A stretch of 64,000 nucleotides of DNA from an uncultured bacterium (GTDB lineage Bacteria; Chloroflexota; UBA5177; JANWHV01): assembly GCA_963827235.1 (NCBI GenBank), contig CAWHAE010000016.1:736001-800000 (forward strand), read 5' to 3'. Below, piece after piece: positions 40,587 to 49,863 of the stretch (the first letter of the stretch is position 1; every line of letters begins with the position of its first letter). The position numbers were made by a program, and so were the translations under genes. The notes under the pieces are model-generated. The model was given only the letters and a program-made list of their open reading frames with translations, was not told where the DNA came from and searched no databases.

Positions 40587-41150
40587 CTACTCCACGCTCG
40601 CGTCAAGCCGTACGTCGCGCGTCATTTGGAGCATTGCCTCCGACACCCACGCGTCATCCGCCACCAGTAGGTGGGCACGGCGGTCAAGCGCGCAGAGGAT
40701 CGAATTCCGCTCCGCGTCCTCCATGCCGTCGATCTCGGCAATGCGACGGCGCACCGACTGCACGTAGTCGGCAATACCGCGCAGATGAGTCCGGTACTGC
40801 AAGAGGATTGCTTCGGCCTGCTCAGGCCGGATGTGATGCAGGTTGCAGAGCTTGATCGTGAAGATCTGCGATTGCTCCGCATCGGAGTAGTGACACTCCA
40901 GCATCAGCGCCAGAAATCGTGCGTGACCGGCTTCGGTGATCCGGTACTCCTTCTTCCCGCGCCGGTCCGCGCCGCAGGGAGCACAGTCGGCCTCGATCAG
41001 CCCTTCCGCTTCCAGCTTGCGAATCATGGGATAGAGTGCTCCCCAGCTCAGCCTGCGCACCGGCCCAATCGAGGTCTGCACGATCTGGTGCAGGCGATAT
41101 CCGTGCGCCGGGGCGTCCATCAGCTCGCCAAGGATGCACAGCTCGTACAC
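40587..41150 (-). CDS. PadR-family transcriptional regulator
   Basis: ILGELMDAPAHGYRL...SWGALYPMIRKLEAEGLI...KKEYRITEAG. Directly upstream of the efflux gene. Confidence 0.9.
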   Translation of the reverse strand: MYELCILGELMDAPAHGYRLHQIVQTSIGPVRRLSWGALYPMIRKLEAEGLIEADCAPCGADRRGKKEYRITEAGHARFLALMLECHYSDAEQSQIFTIKLCNLHHIRPEQAEAILLQYRTHLRGIADYVQSVRRRIAEIDGMEDAERNSILCALDRRAHLLVADDAWVSEAMLQMTRDVRLDASVE

Positions 41151-41161
41151 GACTCACAACC

Positions 41162-41202
41162 GAATCACTCGATATACCGGCTCGATATATCTCATTGATA
41201 GA
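41162..41202. promoter_or_regulatory. Three GATA-centred repeats at 13-bp period, candidate PadR operator array
   Basis: CTCGATATA at 41168 and 41181, ATTGATAGA at 41194. Includes palindrome TATC-N5-GATA (41188-41200). Immediately upstream of padR. Confidence 0.55.
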
Positions 41203-41335
41203 CAATGTAGGCCGGCTGGCAGGGTCGGTCAAACCGCTCGCCGTGTGACCATGCAAGCCCGCGCGGGCGGCGGAGAGGTGAAGATCCCAGGCAAGAGCCC
41301 CAGCGCCGTTCCGACTGAACGGCGCGGCAGGCGCT

Positions 41336-41875
41336 CTACGCGGAACGGCCGGGCAGGAGCTGTCGTTGCAGAGCGCGCTGGGCTCGGAACAGCAGCGCCC
41401 GTGCCGCTCCCTCGCTCCTGGCCAGCGCCATCCCGATGTCCTTGAGCGATAGCTCCTCGCCGTAGCGCAGCAATACCACCTGTCGCTGCAGCAACGGCAG
41501 GGCCGCGACGGCCGCCATGAGGTCCTCGTGGCGCTCACCCCGCAGCAGCATGTCCTCGGGTCCCAGCGCTTGATCGACGGGCTCCACCGCGGCGGCGATG
41601 CCCACGGTCGTCCTGCGCCGCGTGCGATTGGCAATAGCGCTGCTGGCAATACGATAGAGCCAGGCGCGAAACGGAAGGCCTCTCCATTCATAGCGTGCCA
41701 GGTATTGCAGCGCTCGCTCGAACGTTTCGGCGACGACATCTTCCGCGACCACCGGATCGCGCAGGCAGCGTATCGCGTAGGCGTAGATGCCATTCACATG
41801 CCGCTCATAGAGCTCGCCAAAGGCATCCGGCTCCGAGCTGGCTCGCTCGACGAGCGCGCGCTCGTCCTCGGCCGG
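41336..41875 (-). CDS. ECF sigma-70 factor with disrupted 5' end (possible pseudogene)
   Basis: AEDVVAETF, FRAWLYRIA, LSLKDIG..SEGAARALLFRA. The frame continues upstream of GTG 41797 as PAEDERALVERASSEPDAFGELYERH up to an in-frame TGA at 41876-41878, with no in-frame start between. Confidence 0.8.
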   Translation of the reverse strand, partial: PAEDERALVERASSEPDAFGELYERHVNGIYAYAIRCLRDPVVAEDVVAETFERALQYLARYEWRGLPFRAWLYRIASSAIANRTRRRTTVGIAAAVEPVDQALGPEDMLLRGERHEDLMAAVAALPLLQRQVVLLRYGEELSLKDIGMALARSEGAARALLFRAQRALQRQLLPGRSA

Positions 41876-41898
41876 TCATGACCCGGCCGAGGACGAGC
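41849..41898. repeat. Overlapping palindromes: perfect 18 bp (41849-41866) and 39 bp with one bulged base (41860-41898)
   Basis: GACGAGCGC|GCGCTCGTC and GCTCGTCCTCGGCCGGTCA|TGACC(C)GGCCGAGGACGAGC read directly. Confidence 0.9.
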
Positions 41899-41942
41899 TC
41901 GACTTCACCTGAAAGGCACGTGTCGGCTGTCAGCGTACGCCC

Positions 41943-42383
41943 CTACGCCGAAATAGCCTGAGGCCAGCTCAGGGCTTCGATCCGATCAAACAGCTCCGCG
42001 TGATCGACGCGACCGGTCAAGTAGGCGTCGGTACCTGCCTCGTAGCCGTCGAGAAGATCCTCGAGGCTGCCCTCCGGATGTAGCATGAGGATAGCGGACC
42101 GTGCGTCGAGCTCCCGAAGAGCTCTGCATACCGCGAGCCCGTCGAGCGACGGATCGGTCATGTCCAGCATGATCACGTTTGGCGCCTCGTCTACGTCCGT
42201 CGCGGCAACCGCCTCGTCCGGACCCGCCACGCCCGCGGAGAAGTGGCCGCGCAAGAGGACAGCTCGCCAGTGATTCGCGTTCACGAGGTCATTCGACACA
42301 ATGAGCACAGTCGCGCGGACCTGTGGTCTCGCCGCTGTGCGGATTACTCGCCTGTTCACGATGGTGGATCGCCCGGAAGACAC
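41943..42383 (-). CDS. Single-domain response regulator receiver, atypical
   Basis: VLIVSND...PNVIMLDMTDPSLDGLAVCRALR...GTDAYLTG. Asp retained, but the acidic pair, Thr/Ser and Lys are altered. Start uncertain. Confidence 0.8.
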   Translation of the reverse strand: MSSGRSTIVNRRVIRTAARPQVRATVLIVSNDLVNANHWRAVLLRGHFSAGVAGPDEAVAATDVDEAPNVIMLDMTDPSLDGLAVCRALRELDARSAILMLHPEGSLEDLLDGYEAGTDAYLTGRVDHAELFDRIEALSWPQAISA

Positions 42384-42721
42384 TGCCTGACTCCTTTGCT
42401 CGATCGCCTGTCAGCTCCCAAATCAACCCTACTCTCTAAGCATAGAAAAGCACTATGAGAGCTCCGTGATCAGATCGTTACAGGAATATGACAGCTTGCA
42501 GACGGTTGGACGACACGGTGACCCGATACATACTGCTGTGTGAACCGGGCCGTCGCCACAGAATCGGCTGCTCGATCGCACCCCGATACTCGAGATCAGC
42601 TGGCGATCGGACGGTATTCGCGAACCGTAGGGGCCGGGCCTTTGCTGTCCGGCTGCCTCGGACTGCTATGCTGTACAGGTGTGGCAGCAATCGGGGAACC
42701 ATGAGCATATGCTAGGCTGAT

Positions 42722-43969
42722 GTGACGAGCATCGCGACGCGGGTGAGCCGCGAGCCCGAACGCCCTCTGCGCGGCCGTACCGTTGCCGTGCTCGCTGCGG
42801 CATATTGGTGCTACTTCGTCAACGGCGTGGTCAACAGCATCATCGGGCCGGCGCTGCTCAGCATGGTCCATACGTTTCGTATCGATCTCGCCGCGGCCGG
42901 AGCGATCGTGACTGCCCAGTTCATCGGCTACCTGCCGGGTGCGTTGGGAAGCGGCGTGGCCGCCGAGCGCTGGGGTTACCGCCGCGTTCTCGTCCCGGCG
43001 ACCCTGGTGCTGACCATGGGCACCATTGGAACCGCGCTCGTGGGCTCATGGTTGATCGCTATCTGCCTCACGGGTATCGCGGGGGCCGGATTCGGCGTCG
43101 GCGATTCACTGTGCAACGCGGTGGTCGCGGATGAGACCCCGGGGGCGCACGGCACCACCATGAATCTGCTGCACACGTTCTTCGGAGTCGGCGCGCTCGC
43201 CGGGCCGCTCATTGCCGGTATGCTCCTCTCAAGCCGTGTTGGATGGCAAGGCCTCTTCGTGCTGACCGGTTGCCTGGCAGGCGTCTGCATGCTCCTGTTC
43301 CTGGTCATTCCTCTCCCGACACCCGCTCGCCGCCCCACGACCAAACGTCCGGAGATGTCTCGCTCCCAGGCGCAGCGCGCCAGCCCGGATTCCGCCGTCT
43401 GGCGCAACCGGCATCTGTGGTTGCTGGCTGCCATGCTCCTGCTGTTCGTGGGCATGGAACAACTGGTTGGAGCCTGGGGCTCTGCCTACCTTACCCGCGT
43501 CCAGAGTGCCGACGTCGATACGGCTGCGCGTGCCGCCTCGGTGTACTGGGCTGCCGTGACCTTCGGCCGGTTGCTGGCCAGCGCGGTGGCGCTGAGCGTG
43601 TCCAGCGAACGACTGCTTGGAGGCTCAGCAATACTTGCCCTGGCCGCGGTCTCCGGTCTGGCGCTGGCGCATGGGGTGGGTCAGGCCCTGGTCGCCTTTG
43701 CCATCACCGGATTCGGCTTCGCCGCGATCTATCCCACCATCATGGCCATCACGGCCCGCACACACGCACGACGGTTTGCCACCATCGCAGGCGCGATGGC
43801 CGCGGCCGGCGGAGCTGGGGGAGCGATCTATCCCTGGATCGGCGGCATCGTCGGCCAGGCCTGGGGTCTGCGTGCCACTATGTGGCTGGCGGCAGCGCTC
43901 GCGGCGCTACTCCTGGGTACGTTTGCGCTTTCGCACAGGCTAGAGCCGTCTCAGCCCGACCTTGCCTGA
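42722..43969 (+). CDS. MFS transporter (FucP/TsgA-like)
   Basis: About 12 TM segments, AERWGYRR motif A, MNLLHTFFGVGALAGP, FAAIYPTIMA. Confidence 0.88.
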   Translation: MTSIATRVSREPERPLRGRTVAVLAAAYWCYFVNGVVNSIIGPALLSMVHTFRIDLAAAGAIVTAQFIGYLPGALGSGVAAERWGYRRVLVPATLVLTMGTIGTALVGSWLIAICLTGIAGAGFGVGDSLCNAVVADETPGAHGTTMNLLHTFFGVGALAGPLIAGMLLSSRVGWQGLFVLTGCLAGVCMLLFLVIPLPTPARRPTTKRPEMSRSQAQRASPDSAVWRNRHLWLLAAMLLLFVGMEQLVGAWGSAYLTRVQSADVDTAARAASVYWAAVTFGRLLASAVALSVSSERLLGGSAILALAAVSGLALAHGVGQALVAFAITGFGFAAIYPTIMAITARTHARRFATIAGAMAAAGGAGGAIYPWIGGIVGQAWGLRATMWLAAALAALLLGTFALSHRLEPSQPDLA

Positions 43970-44030
43970 TGCCGCCGGATGGTGACGGCTCGGCCGCAGC
44001 GAGGTCCATACAGTTGGCGCCCACTCGGCA

Positions 44031-44837
44031 CTACACCGATGGAAATCCCATAGTCGAAAGCACGGTTCCGTCGGCCAGAATGGTCATCGCTTCACAGCCC
44101 GCAAGCCGCGCCGTCCAGGCAGGACCGGCCGAACCCATAGCAAACGCGGCGGTGGCATAGGCATCCACGGTGGCCAGGTCATCGCCCACAATGGTAACCG
44201 ACAGTATGCCGGCGGGGGGAACCCCGGTGTAGGGGTCGACGATATGCTGGCCTCGCTCGTATGCGCCGGACGTGGCAACAGCCCGGTCGCGCAGGGCGAT
44301 CACGGCAGCCAGGCTCTGTCGTTCGAGCGGATGCTGGATGCCGATGCGCCAGTAGGGCTCCGGAAACGGGCACCCGCGCGACACAATGTCCCCGCCCGCG
44401 TTGATCAGGTAGTTGCGCGCGCGCGCGGCGTCCAAGATCGACGCCGCGCGCGCCACTGACCACCCCTTGACCAAGCCGGACGGATCGACGGCACCGGGCC
44501 TGCTGCCCGCTGCCACACGCGAATCCGGGACTCGCGCAGGGGCGCGCACGTCGAAGTAGCCGTTCGTCTCCTGGCGCAGCTCCTCGCAGCGGGCAAGGAC
44601 GTCGCGCACGTCACGGTGTGCGGCCGGCAGATCCAGCTCACCACGATTCAGCCTGCAGATCTCGCTGTCCGGCTTATAGGTGCTGAATCGTGCGTCAACC
44701 TCGCGGAACCAGGCGAATACGTCGTCCAGGGCTCCTGAGCCGACATCCGGGTCGCGGACTTCGACGATGATCGGCATGCCCATGATGTGCTCTATGCGCT
44801 GCCGTGCAGATGCGTTACCGGAAGAAGCCTCACCCAT
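44031..44837 (-). CDS. apbE: FAD:protein FMN transferase
   Basis: MGM, FSTYKPDSEI, DPSGLVKGW, INAGGDI, WRIGIQHP, VATSGAYERGQHIVDP, DAYATAAF. Confidence 0.93.
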   Translation of the reverse strand: MGEASSGNASARQRIEHIMGMPIIVEVRDPDVGSGALDDVFAWFREVDARFSTYKPDSEICRLNRGELDLPAAHRDVRDVLARCEELRQETNGYFDVRAPARVPDSRVAAGSRPGAVDPSGLVKGWSVARAASILDAARARNYLINAGGDIVSRGCPFPEPYWRIGIQHPLERQSLAAVIALRDRAVATSGAYERGQHIVDPYTGVPPAGILSVTIVGDDLATVDAYATAAFAMGSAGPAWTARLAGCEAMTILADGTVLSTMGFPSV

Positions 44838-45301
44838 CTGATCAGGCCGGACACGTGGGCCGGCGCACCGAGCGCGACGGCTGGAAGAATAGCTGGCCGG
44901 TCATGTTGGCTTGCGCGGACCTTTCCTCTCCAAGTCGACAATACTCGTCAGGATCGAACGCGGGCTCAAGGCCGTCGTGCGTCAGGATACGCGCTCGCCT
45001 GACACCGTCCACAACCTTACGATACGGCAAGAGCATGATCGTCGCATGACGCCCGAGGTGCAGGAACGTGAGTGAGCCCCCGCGGGCACCGGTCCATCAC
45101 TAAGGTGTGATCCAGCCGATTGCGTGGACGCACCCAACCACTGCCGCGTGTACCATCGGGAGGATGCGGTGTGCAGCCGGCCGCCCGCCGGCACGTTGAG
45201 TATTCGGCACGGTCCGGCAGCATGCCGGCTAGGCGAGCGGATCGGTCTACAGGCCTTCGGCCGGTGGCTACCGAGCGACACTGCCGGAGAGGGGCGCGAC
45301 C

Positions 45302-45970
45302 GTGACCGACAAAGTGCCTTTCGACATTGAAGCCGCGTTTGCCGCGTTGCCGGATGCCGTGGCACCGTATGCCAGGGCCGCTCTATTCGAGCTATTCGAT
45401 GAGGGATATCGCGACCCATTTGAGATATTGGTGGCATGCGTCGTCTCCATACGCACTCGTGACGAGGTGACTCTGCCGGTCGCTCGTCGGGTGTTCGCCC
45501 TTGCCCGCACGCCCAGCAGATTCCTCTCCCTGCCCACTGTCGCTTTGACAGAGGGGCTGATCGGTACGGCGTTTGCCTCCAATAAGGCGGCCAACATCGT
45601 AGCCATTGCGCGGCGATGTGTCGAGGAGCATGCCGGTCGGCTTCCCTGCGACTTCGAGGCCTTGACGTCTCTGCCGGGCGTGGGCCCGAAGTGCGCTAAT
45701 TTGGTGCTGGGCATCGCCTGCGGCAAACCCAGCATAGCCGTGGACATCCACGTGCACCGCGTTACAAACCGCTGGGGTTATGTAAAGACTTCGTCACCCG
45801 AGTCGACGATGGCCGCCCTCGAGCAGAAGCTGCCGAAGGAGTACTGGGTCGCGATCAACCGGCTGCTCGTACCCTTCGGCAAGCATGTGTGCAGTGGAAG
45901 TTTGCCGCGCTGCTCGACCTGCCCGCTCGAGCCGATGTGTGCCCAGGCAGACGTCACCCGGCATCGCTGA
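45302..45970 (+). CDS. nth: Endonuclease III (HhH-GPD, 4Fe-4S)
   Basis: DPFEILVA, LTSLPGVGPKCANLVL, IAVDIHVHRV, C-x6-C-x2-C-x5-C. Confidence 0.93.
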   Translation: MTDKVPFDIEAAFAALPDAVAPYARAALFELFDEGYRDPFEILVACVVSIRTRDEVTLPVARRVFALARTPSRFLSLPTVALTEGLIGTAFASNKAANIVAIARRCVEEHAGRLPCDFEALTSLPGVGPKCANLVLGIACGKPSIAVDIHVHRVTNRWGYVKTSSPESTMAALEQKLPKEYWVAINRLLVPFGKHVCSGSLPRCSTCPLEPMCAQADVTRHR

Positions 45971-46190
45971 CCGGCGCAGAGCAGCCGGTTATCGTGTGAG
46001 CGCAGGAAATGCCACCGATTCGTATCGCATTGTCATGCATATGTCATAGAGGCATCACAGCAGTGTCATACTGCAGGGGTAGATTGAGGGTACGCGGGCC
46101 CCGGAAGGTCCCTCACCCACCACGGTGTGCCGCGTCGCGGAAAGCTGCTGTCACGTATCGTTCTCGGCTTTGCCGGACAGTCTCGAAGAT

Positions 46191-46326
46191 CCTGACCTGA
46201 GTGGCGCCGCATGCTGTGGTGTTCTGTCGGGATACCGGGAGTCAGAATGGCAGTGGACACCACTCTTGCAGGTGCGAAGCGGCATTCCGCGATGCAGGTC
46301 AGGTAGCCGGACTTCGGCCTTCCGGC
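46191..46326 (+). other. Candidate structured 5' leader RNA
   Basis: CCTGACCT/AGGTCAGG closing stem encloses GAGTGG/CCACTC, TTCTG/CAGAA and GCGG/CCGC stems. Followed by a GCCGGA/TCCGGC hairpin containing C(TTCG)G. Confidence 0.35.
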
Positions 46327-46426
46327 GCAGTGCAGCGCCGCAGTTGAGCGATCCCCGCGTCATGCGTGAATCCAGCAGTTCGCTCAGCCGGGCACCTTGC
46401 TTCTCAAGCGAAAGGAGTCTCAATCC

Positions 46427-48604
46427 ATGCGGCGAATGATCACGAGGGTAGCAATCGCAGTCCTCACCCTCGTCGCGCTCCCGGCGGCCCTACTGCCGGC
46501 AACCACGTACGCCTCCGCCCCAGCAGCTCGACACTGGGGCCCCGGCGCCGGAAGCCAGTGGAGCGTGACCGGCACGCTCGTCGCCACGCCTCAGTCGACG
46601 CTTCCCGCAACCCTGTTCATTCAGGTCGACAATAACACCATCCCGGTCAACATCACGTCGAGCACCAGGGTCGAAGATGCTTCAGGCAATGCGCTCAGCC
46701 CTTCTTCGATGGTGGACGGTGACACGCTTCGCGTGTCGGGACCCGAGGACCAGTCGGGTCAGATCGACGCGAGGCTCGTGCAGGATACATCGCAATCGAG
46801 TGGCACCACAGGCGCGTCCTACCAGGTTACGGGCACGCTCGCCGCGGTGTATACGGGCAGCGACTTGCTCTGCCTTGCGAACACGAGCGTGGTCAGCGGA
46901 TCAATCAACTCCAACGACGTGACGAGCAGCTCCTGTCCCAGTGGTGATCTGGCAGTCTACTACAGCGAGAGTACGAGCTTCGAGAACGCCTCCAGCACCA
47001 CGATCACGGTCGGCATGCTGGCCCCTGGCGACAGCCTGAGCGTGACGGGCACCCTGAGCAGCGGCCAGTTCACTGCCACCCTGGCGCAGGACACCACGCA
47101 GACCACGAGCACAACCTACAACTACGAGGTGACCGGCACGGTGGCAGCCGTCTACACTGGCAGCTACGTCATCTGCCTGGCAAACGCCAGCGTGGTGAGC
47201 GGCTCGATCGGCAGCAACGCCCTGACCAACACCCTGTGCCCCAGCGATGACCTGGCAGTCTACTACACGAGCGGCACCACCTTCGAAAGCGCCTCCGGCA
47301 TCGCGATCACGATCGGCACGCTGGCTACCGGCGACAGCCTGACGGTGACCGGCACCGTGACAAGCAGCCAGTTTACAGCCACGCTGGTGCAGGACACCAC
47401 GCAGACCTCCACCACCACCTACAACTACGAGGTGACCGGCACGGTGGAGGCCGTCGACACCGGCAGCTACGTCATCTGCCTCGCAAACGCCAGCGTGGTG
47501 AGCGGATCGATCACCACCAACGCCCTGACCAACACTCTGTGCCCCAGCGATGACCTGGCAGTCTACTACACGAGCGGCACCACCTTCGAAAACGCTTCCG
47601 GCACCGCGATCACGGTCGGCACGCTGGCCAACGGGGATAGCTTGACCGTGACCGGCACCGTGACGAGCAGCCAGTTTACCGCCACCATCGCGCAGGACAC
47701 CACGCAGTCCTCTGCCACCGCCTACGCGTACGAGGCGATCGGCGCACTGGCAGACGTCTATACGGGCAGCGACGTATTGTGCCTGGCGAGCCCCAGCGTG
47801 GTGAGCGGATCGACGAGCCCAACGTCACTGACCGACACCGCGTGCCCGAGCGGAGACCTAGCCGTCTACTATACCGGGAGCACGACCTTCGAGAATGCCT
47901 CCGGCACTGCGATCACGATCGGCACTCTGGCCACCGGCGACAGCCTGACCGTGACGGGCATCGTGTCCGGCAACGTGCTCACGGCCTCTCTTGTGCAGGA
48001 CACCACGCAGACCACGAGCACAGCCTACAACTATCAGGTGACCGGCACGCTGGCCTTGGTCTACACCAGCAGCAACCTGCTCTGCCTGGCGAACGCCAGT
48101 GTGGTAAGTGGATCGATCGGTGCCAACGCCTTGACGAGCACCGCCTGCCCAACCGATGATCTGGCGGTCTTCTTTGCGAGCAGCTCCGCGTTCGAAAATG
48201 CATCCGGCACTGCCATCGGCGTCGGCACTCTGGTCAGTGGAGACAGCCTGAGCGTGAGCGGCACGATAAGCAATAGCCAGTTCACGGCCGCCCTCGTGCA
48301 GGATGCCACGCGGTCCGGGACGACCAGTAGCTCGACGAGCGATACGGCTCAGTACACTCTCGTCGGCACGGTACAGTCACTTAACTTCTCCGGGCGCAAC
48401 CGCTCGGTGACCTTCCGCGTGCTGCAGGGATCGATGCGGGGTCTCTACACCGTCACCCTGCCGGCCAACGCCCAAGTACTGACCCACACGAATGGCAAGT
48501 CGAGGTTCACCGCCATCCGCAGGGGACAAACCCTGACCATTACCGGTACCTTCAATAGGCGCAGCCATCGCTGGATGGTGATTGCCCGGGTGCAGATCCA
48601 TTAG
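46427..48604 (+). CDS. Secreted Thr/Ser-rich repeat protein with DUF5666-like (OB-fold) domains
   Basis: AAAGGAG RBS, signal peptide (..TTYA|SA), about seven VTGT...L..GD.L.VTG...A..VQ modules, basic last module. Confidence 0.85.
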   Translation: MRRMITRVAIAVLTLVALPAALLPATTYASAPAARHWGPGAGSQWSVTGTLVATPQSTLPATLFIQVDNNTIPVNITSSTRVEDASGNALSPSSMVDGDTLRVSGPEDQSGQIDARLVQDTSQSSGTTGASYQVTGTLAAVYTGSDLLCLANTSVVSGSINSNDVTSSSCPSGDLAVYYSESTSFENASSTTITVGMLAPGDSLSVTGTLSSGQFTATLAQDTTQTTSTTYNYEVTGTVAAVYTGSYVICLANASVVSGSIGSNALTNTLCPSDDLAVYYTSGTTFESASGIAITIGTLATGDSLTVTGTVTSSQFTATLVQDTTQTSTTTYNYEVTGTVEAVDTGSYVICLANASVVSGSITTNALTNTLCPSDDLAVYYTSGTTFENASGTAITVGTLANGDSLTVTGTVTSSQFTATIAQDTTQSSATAYAYEAIGALADVYTGSDVLCLASPSVVSGSTSPTSLTDTACPSGDLAVYYTGSTTFENASGTAITIGTLATGDSLTVTGIVSGNVLTASLVQDTTQTTSTAYNYQVTGTLALVYTSSNLLCLANASVVSGSIGANALTSTACPTDDLAVFFASSSAFENASGTAIGVGTLVSGDSLSVSGTISNSQFTAALVQDATRSGTTSSSTSDTAQYTLVGTVQSLNFSGRNRSVTFRVLQGSMRGLYTVTLPANAQVLTHTNGKSRFTAIRRGQTLTITGTFNRRSHRWMVIARVQIH
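46820..48334 (+). repeat. Five tandem 303-bp (101-aa) intragenic repeats
   Basis: Unit starts at 46820, 47123, 47426, 47729 and 48032. Each unit has two conserved Cys. Confidence 0.92.
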
Positions 48605-48645
48605 CACAAGCCGCCGCCTGCCGGCTCCGGCTTGAGACCGTCGCG

Positions 48646-48683
48646 GACGCCGATCCTGCCCACGCAGGGTCGGCGTCGTTCTT
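48646..48683 (+). terminator. Intrinsic terminator-like hairpin
   Basis: GACGCCGATCCTGC-CCAC-GCAGGGTCGGCGTC followed by GTTCTT, 42 nt after the repeat gene stop. Confidence 0.65.
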
Positions 48684-49040
48684 GTACGCCCCGACGCCAG
48701 TCCGGCGCGGTGCCGGAATGCAGGACGTCGTGTCTACGGGCATGCGCCGGCCCTGGGCCACCGCGGGCACGCGCAGCTCAACCCGGTCCTCACTTCTGAG
48801 CCCAAACGCCGTGCCATGGCACCCCATCATTGTGTGTTCACCGTGGCGTCATCTCGATTCACTACGATGATAGTGGGGCAGAAGACCCACAGCCCTCCGA
48901 TGAGGCTGTCGTCGCGCAGAGTCTGAGCGCGCGGGCCTCGCATGACTGTGCATCGACTTGTCCGCCTTGCCGGGCGCGACGGTGTCGAGCGTATTGGCCG
49001 CATCGCGCCGGCAAATGCTTCGGAGGAGGCCTAATTCCAC

Positions 49041-49850
49041 ATGGCCGGTCAAAATGTCCCCATTATCGACATGCGTCGTATCAGGAAGACATACGTCATG
49101 GGCGATCAGCAGGTTCTCGCCGTAAGCGGAGTTGATCTGGTGATTGGTGAAGGCGAGTTCGTGGCCATCATGGGTCCGTCAGGCAGCGGCAAGTCGACGG
49201 TGATGCACATTCTCGGTTGCCTCGACCGCCCCACATCCGGTGAATACTTCCTCAATGGCCTCAACGTGGCCACGTTGCGAGACGATGAGCAAGCGGCCGT
49301 CCGCAACGGCACGATAGGATTCATCTTTCAGGCGTTCAATCTCCTGCAGCGCACCTCTGCACTAAGGAATGTCGAGCTCCCGTTGGTGTACGCAGGCGTG
49401 CGGTCCGGTGAGCGAACCGCGCGGGCAAGGGCAGCGCTCGAAGAAGTGGGACTCGGTGCCCGGCTCTTCCATCTGCCAAATCAGCTCTCCGGTGGGCAGC
49501 AGCAGCGCGTAGCGGTGGCGCGTGCCCTGGTAACCAATCCGACCCTCATACTTGCGGACGAGCCGACAGGTAACCTCGACTCGCAGGTAAGCGCCGAGAT
49601 CATGGGCCTGCTGCAGCGACTGAACAAGCGCGGGCTCACCGTCGTCCTGGTGACGCACGAGAGCGATATAGCTGCTTATGCCGACCGGGTCATACACATG
49701 AGAGACGGCCGGATCGTGAGCGATACTCTCTCCCAGCCGGAAGCGCCGCCCGCCGCCGCGCTGGAGCAAGCGCTCGGCGCGAAGGCATCGGCCGACAGCC
49801 ACGAGCAACCGCTCGCGGAGCTCGCAGAGAGCCACGCCGTGCTTACCTGA
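49041..49850 (+). CDS. ABC transporter ATP-binding protein (MacB/LolD type)
   Basis: [60 protein letters not shown]. Confidence 0.95.
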   Translation: MAGQNVPIIDMRRIRKTYVMGDQQVLAVSGVDLVIGEGEFVAIMGPSGSGKSTVMHILGCLDRPTSGEYFLNGLNVATLRDDEQAAVRNGTIGFIFQAFNLLQRTSALRNVELPLVYAGVRSGERTARARAALEEVGLGARLFHLPNQLSGGQQQRVAVARALVTNPTLILADEPTGNLDSQVSAEIMGLLQRLNKRGLTVVLVTHESDIAAYADRVIHMRDGRIVSDTLSQPEAPPAAALEQALGAKASADSHEQPLAELAESHAVLT

Positions 49851-49863
49851 AGCGGCTGACCAG

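Noticed and set aside
41876-41878. In-frame TGA as selenocysteine
   Set aside because: The position is not a conserved Cys in ECF sigma factors, and the downstream hairpin is a closed palindrome unlike a bacterial SECIS.
46820-48334. Repeat protein as a multi-flavinylated ApbE substrate
   Set aside because: The repeats lack the D-x-x-[ST]-G-A-[ST] motif. There is only one incidental TGAS in a linker.
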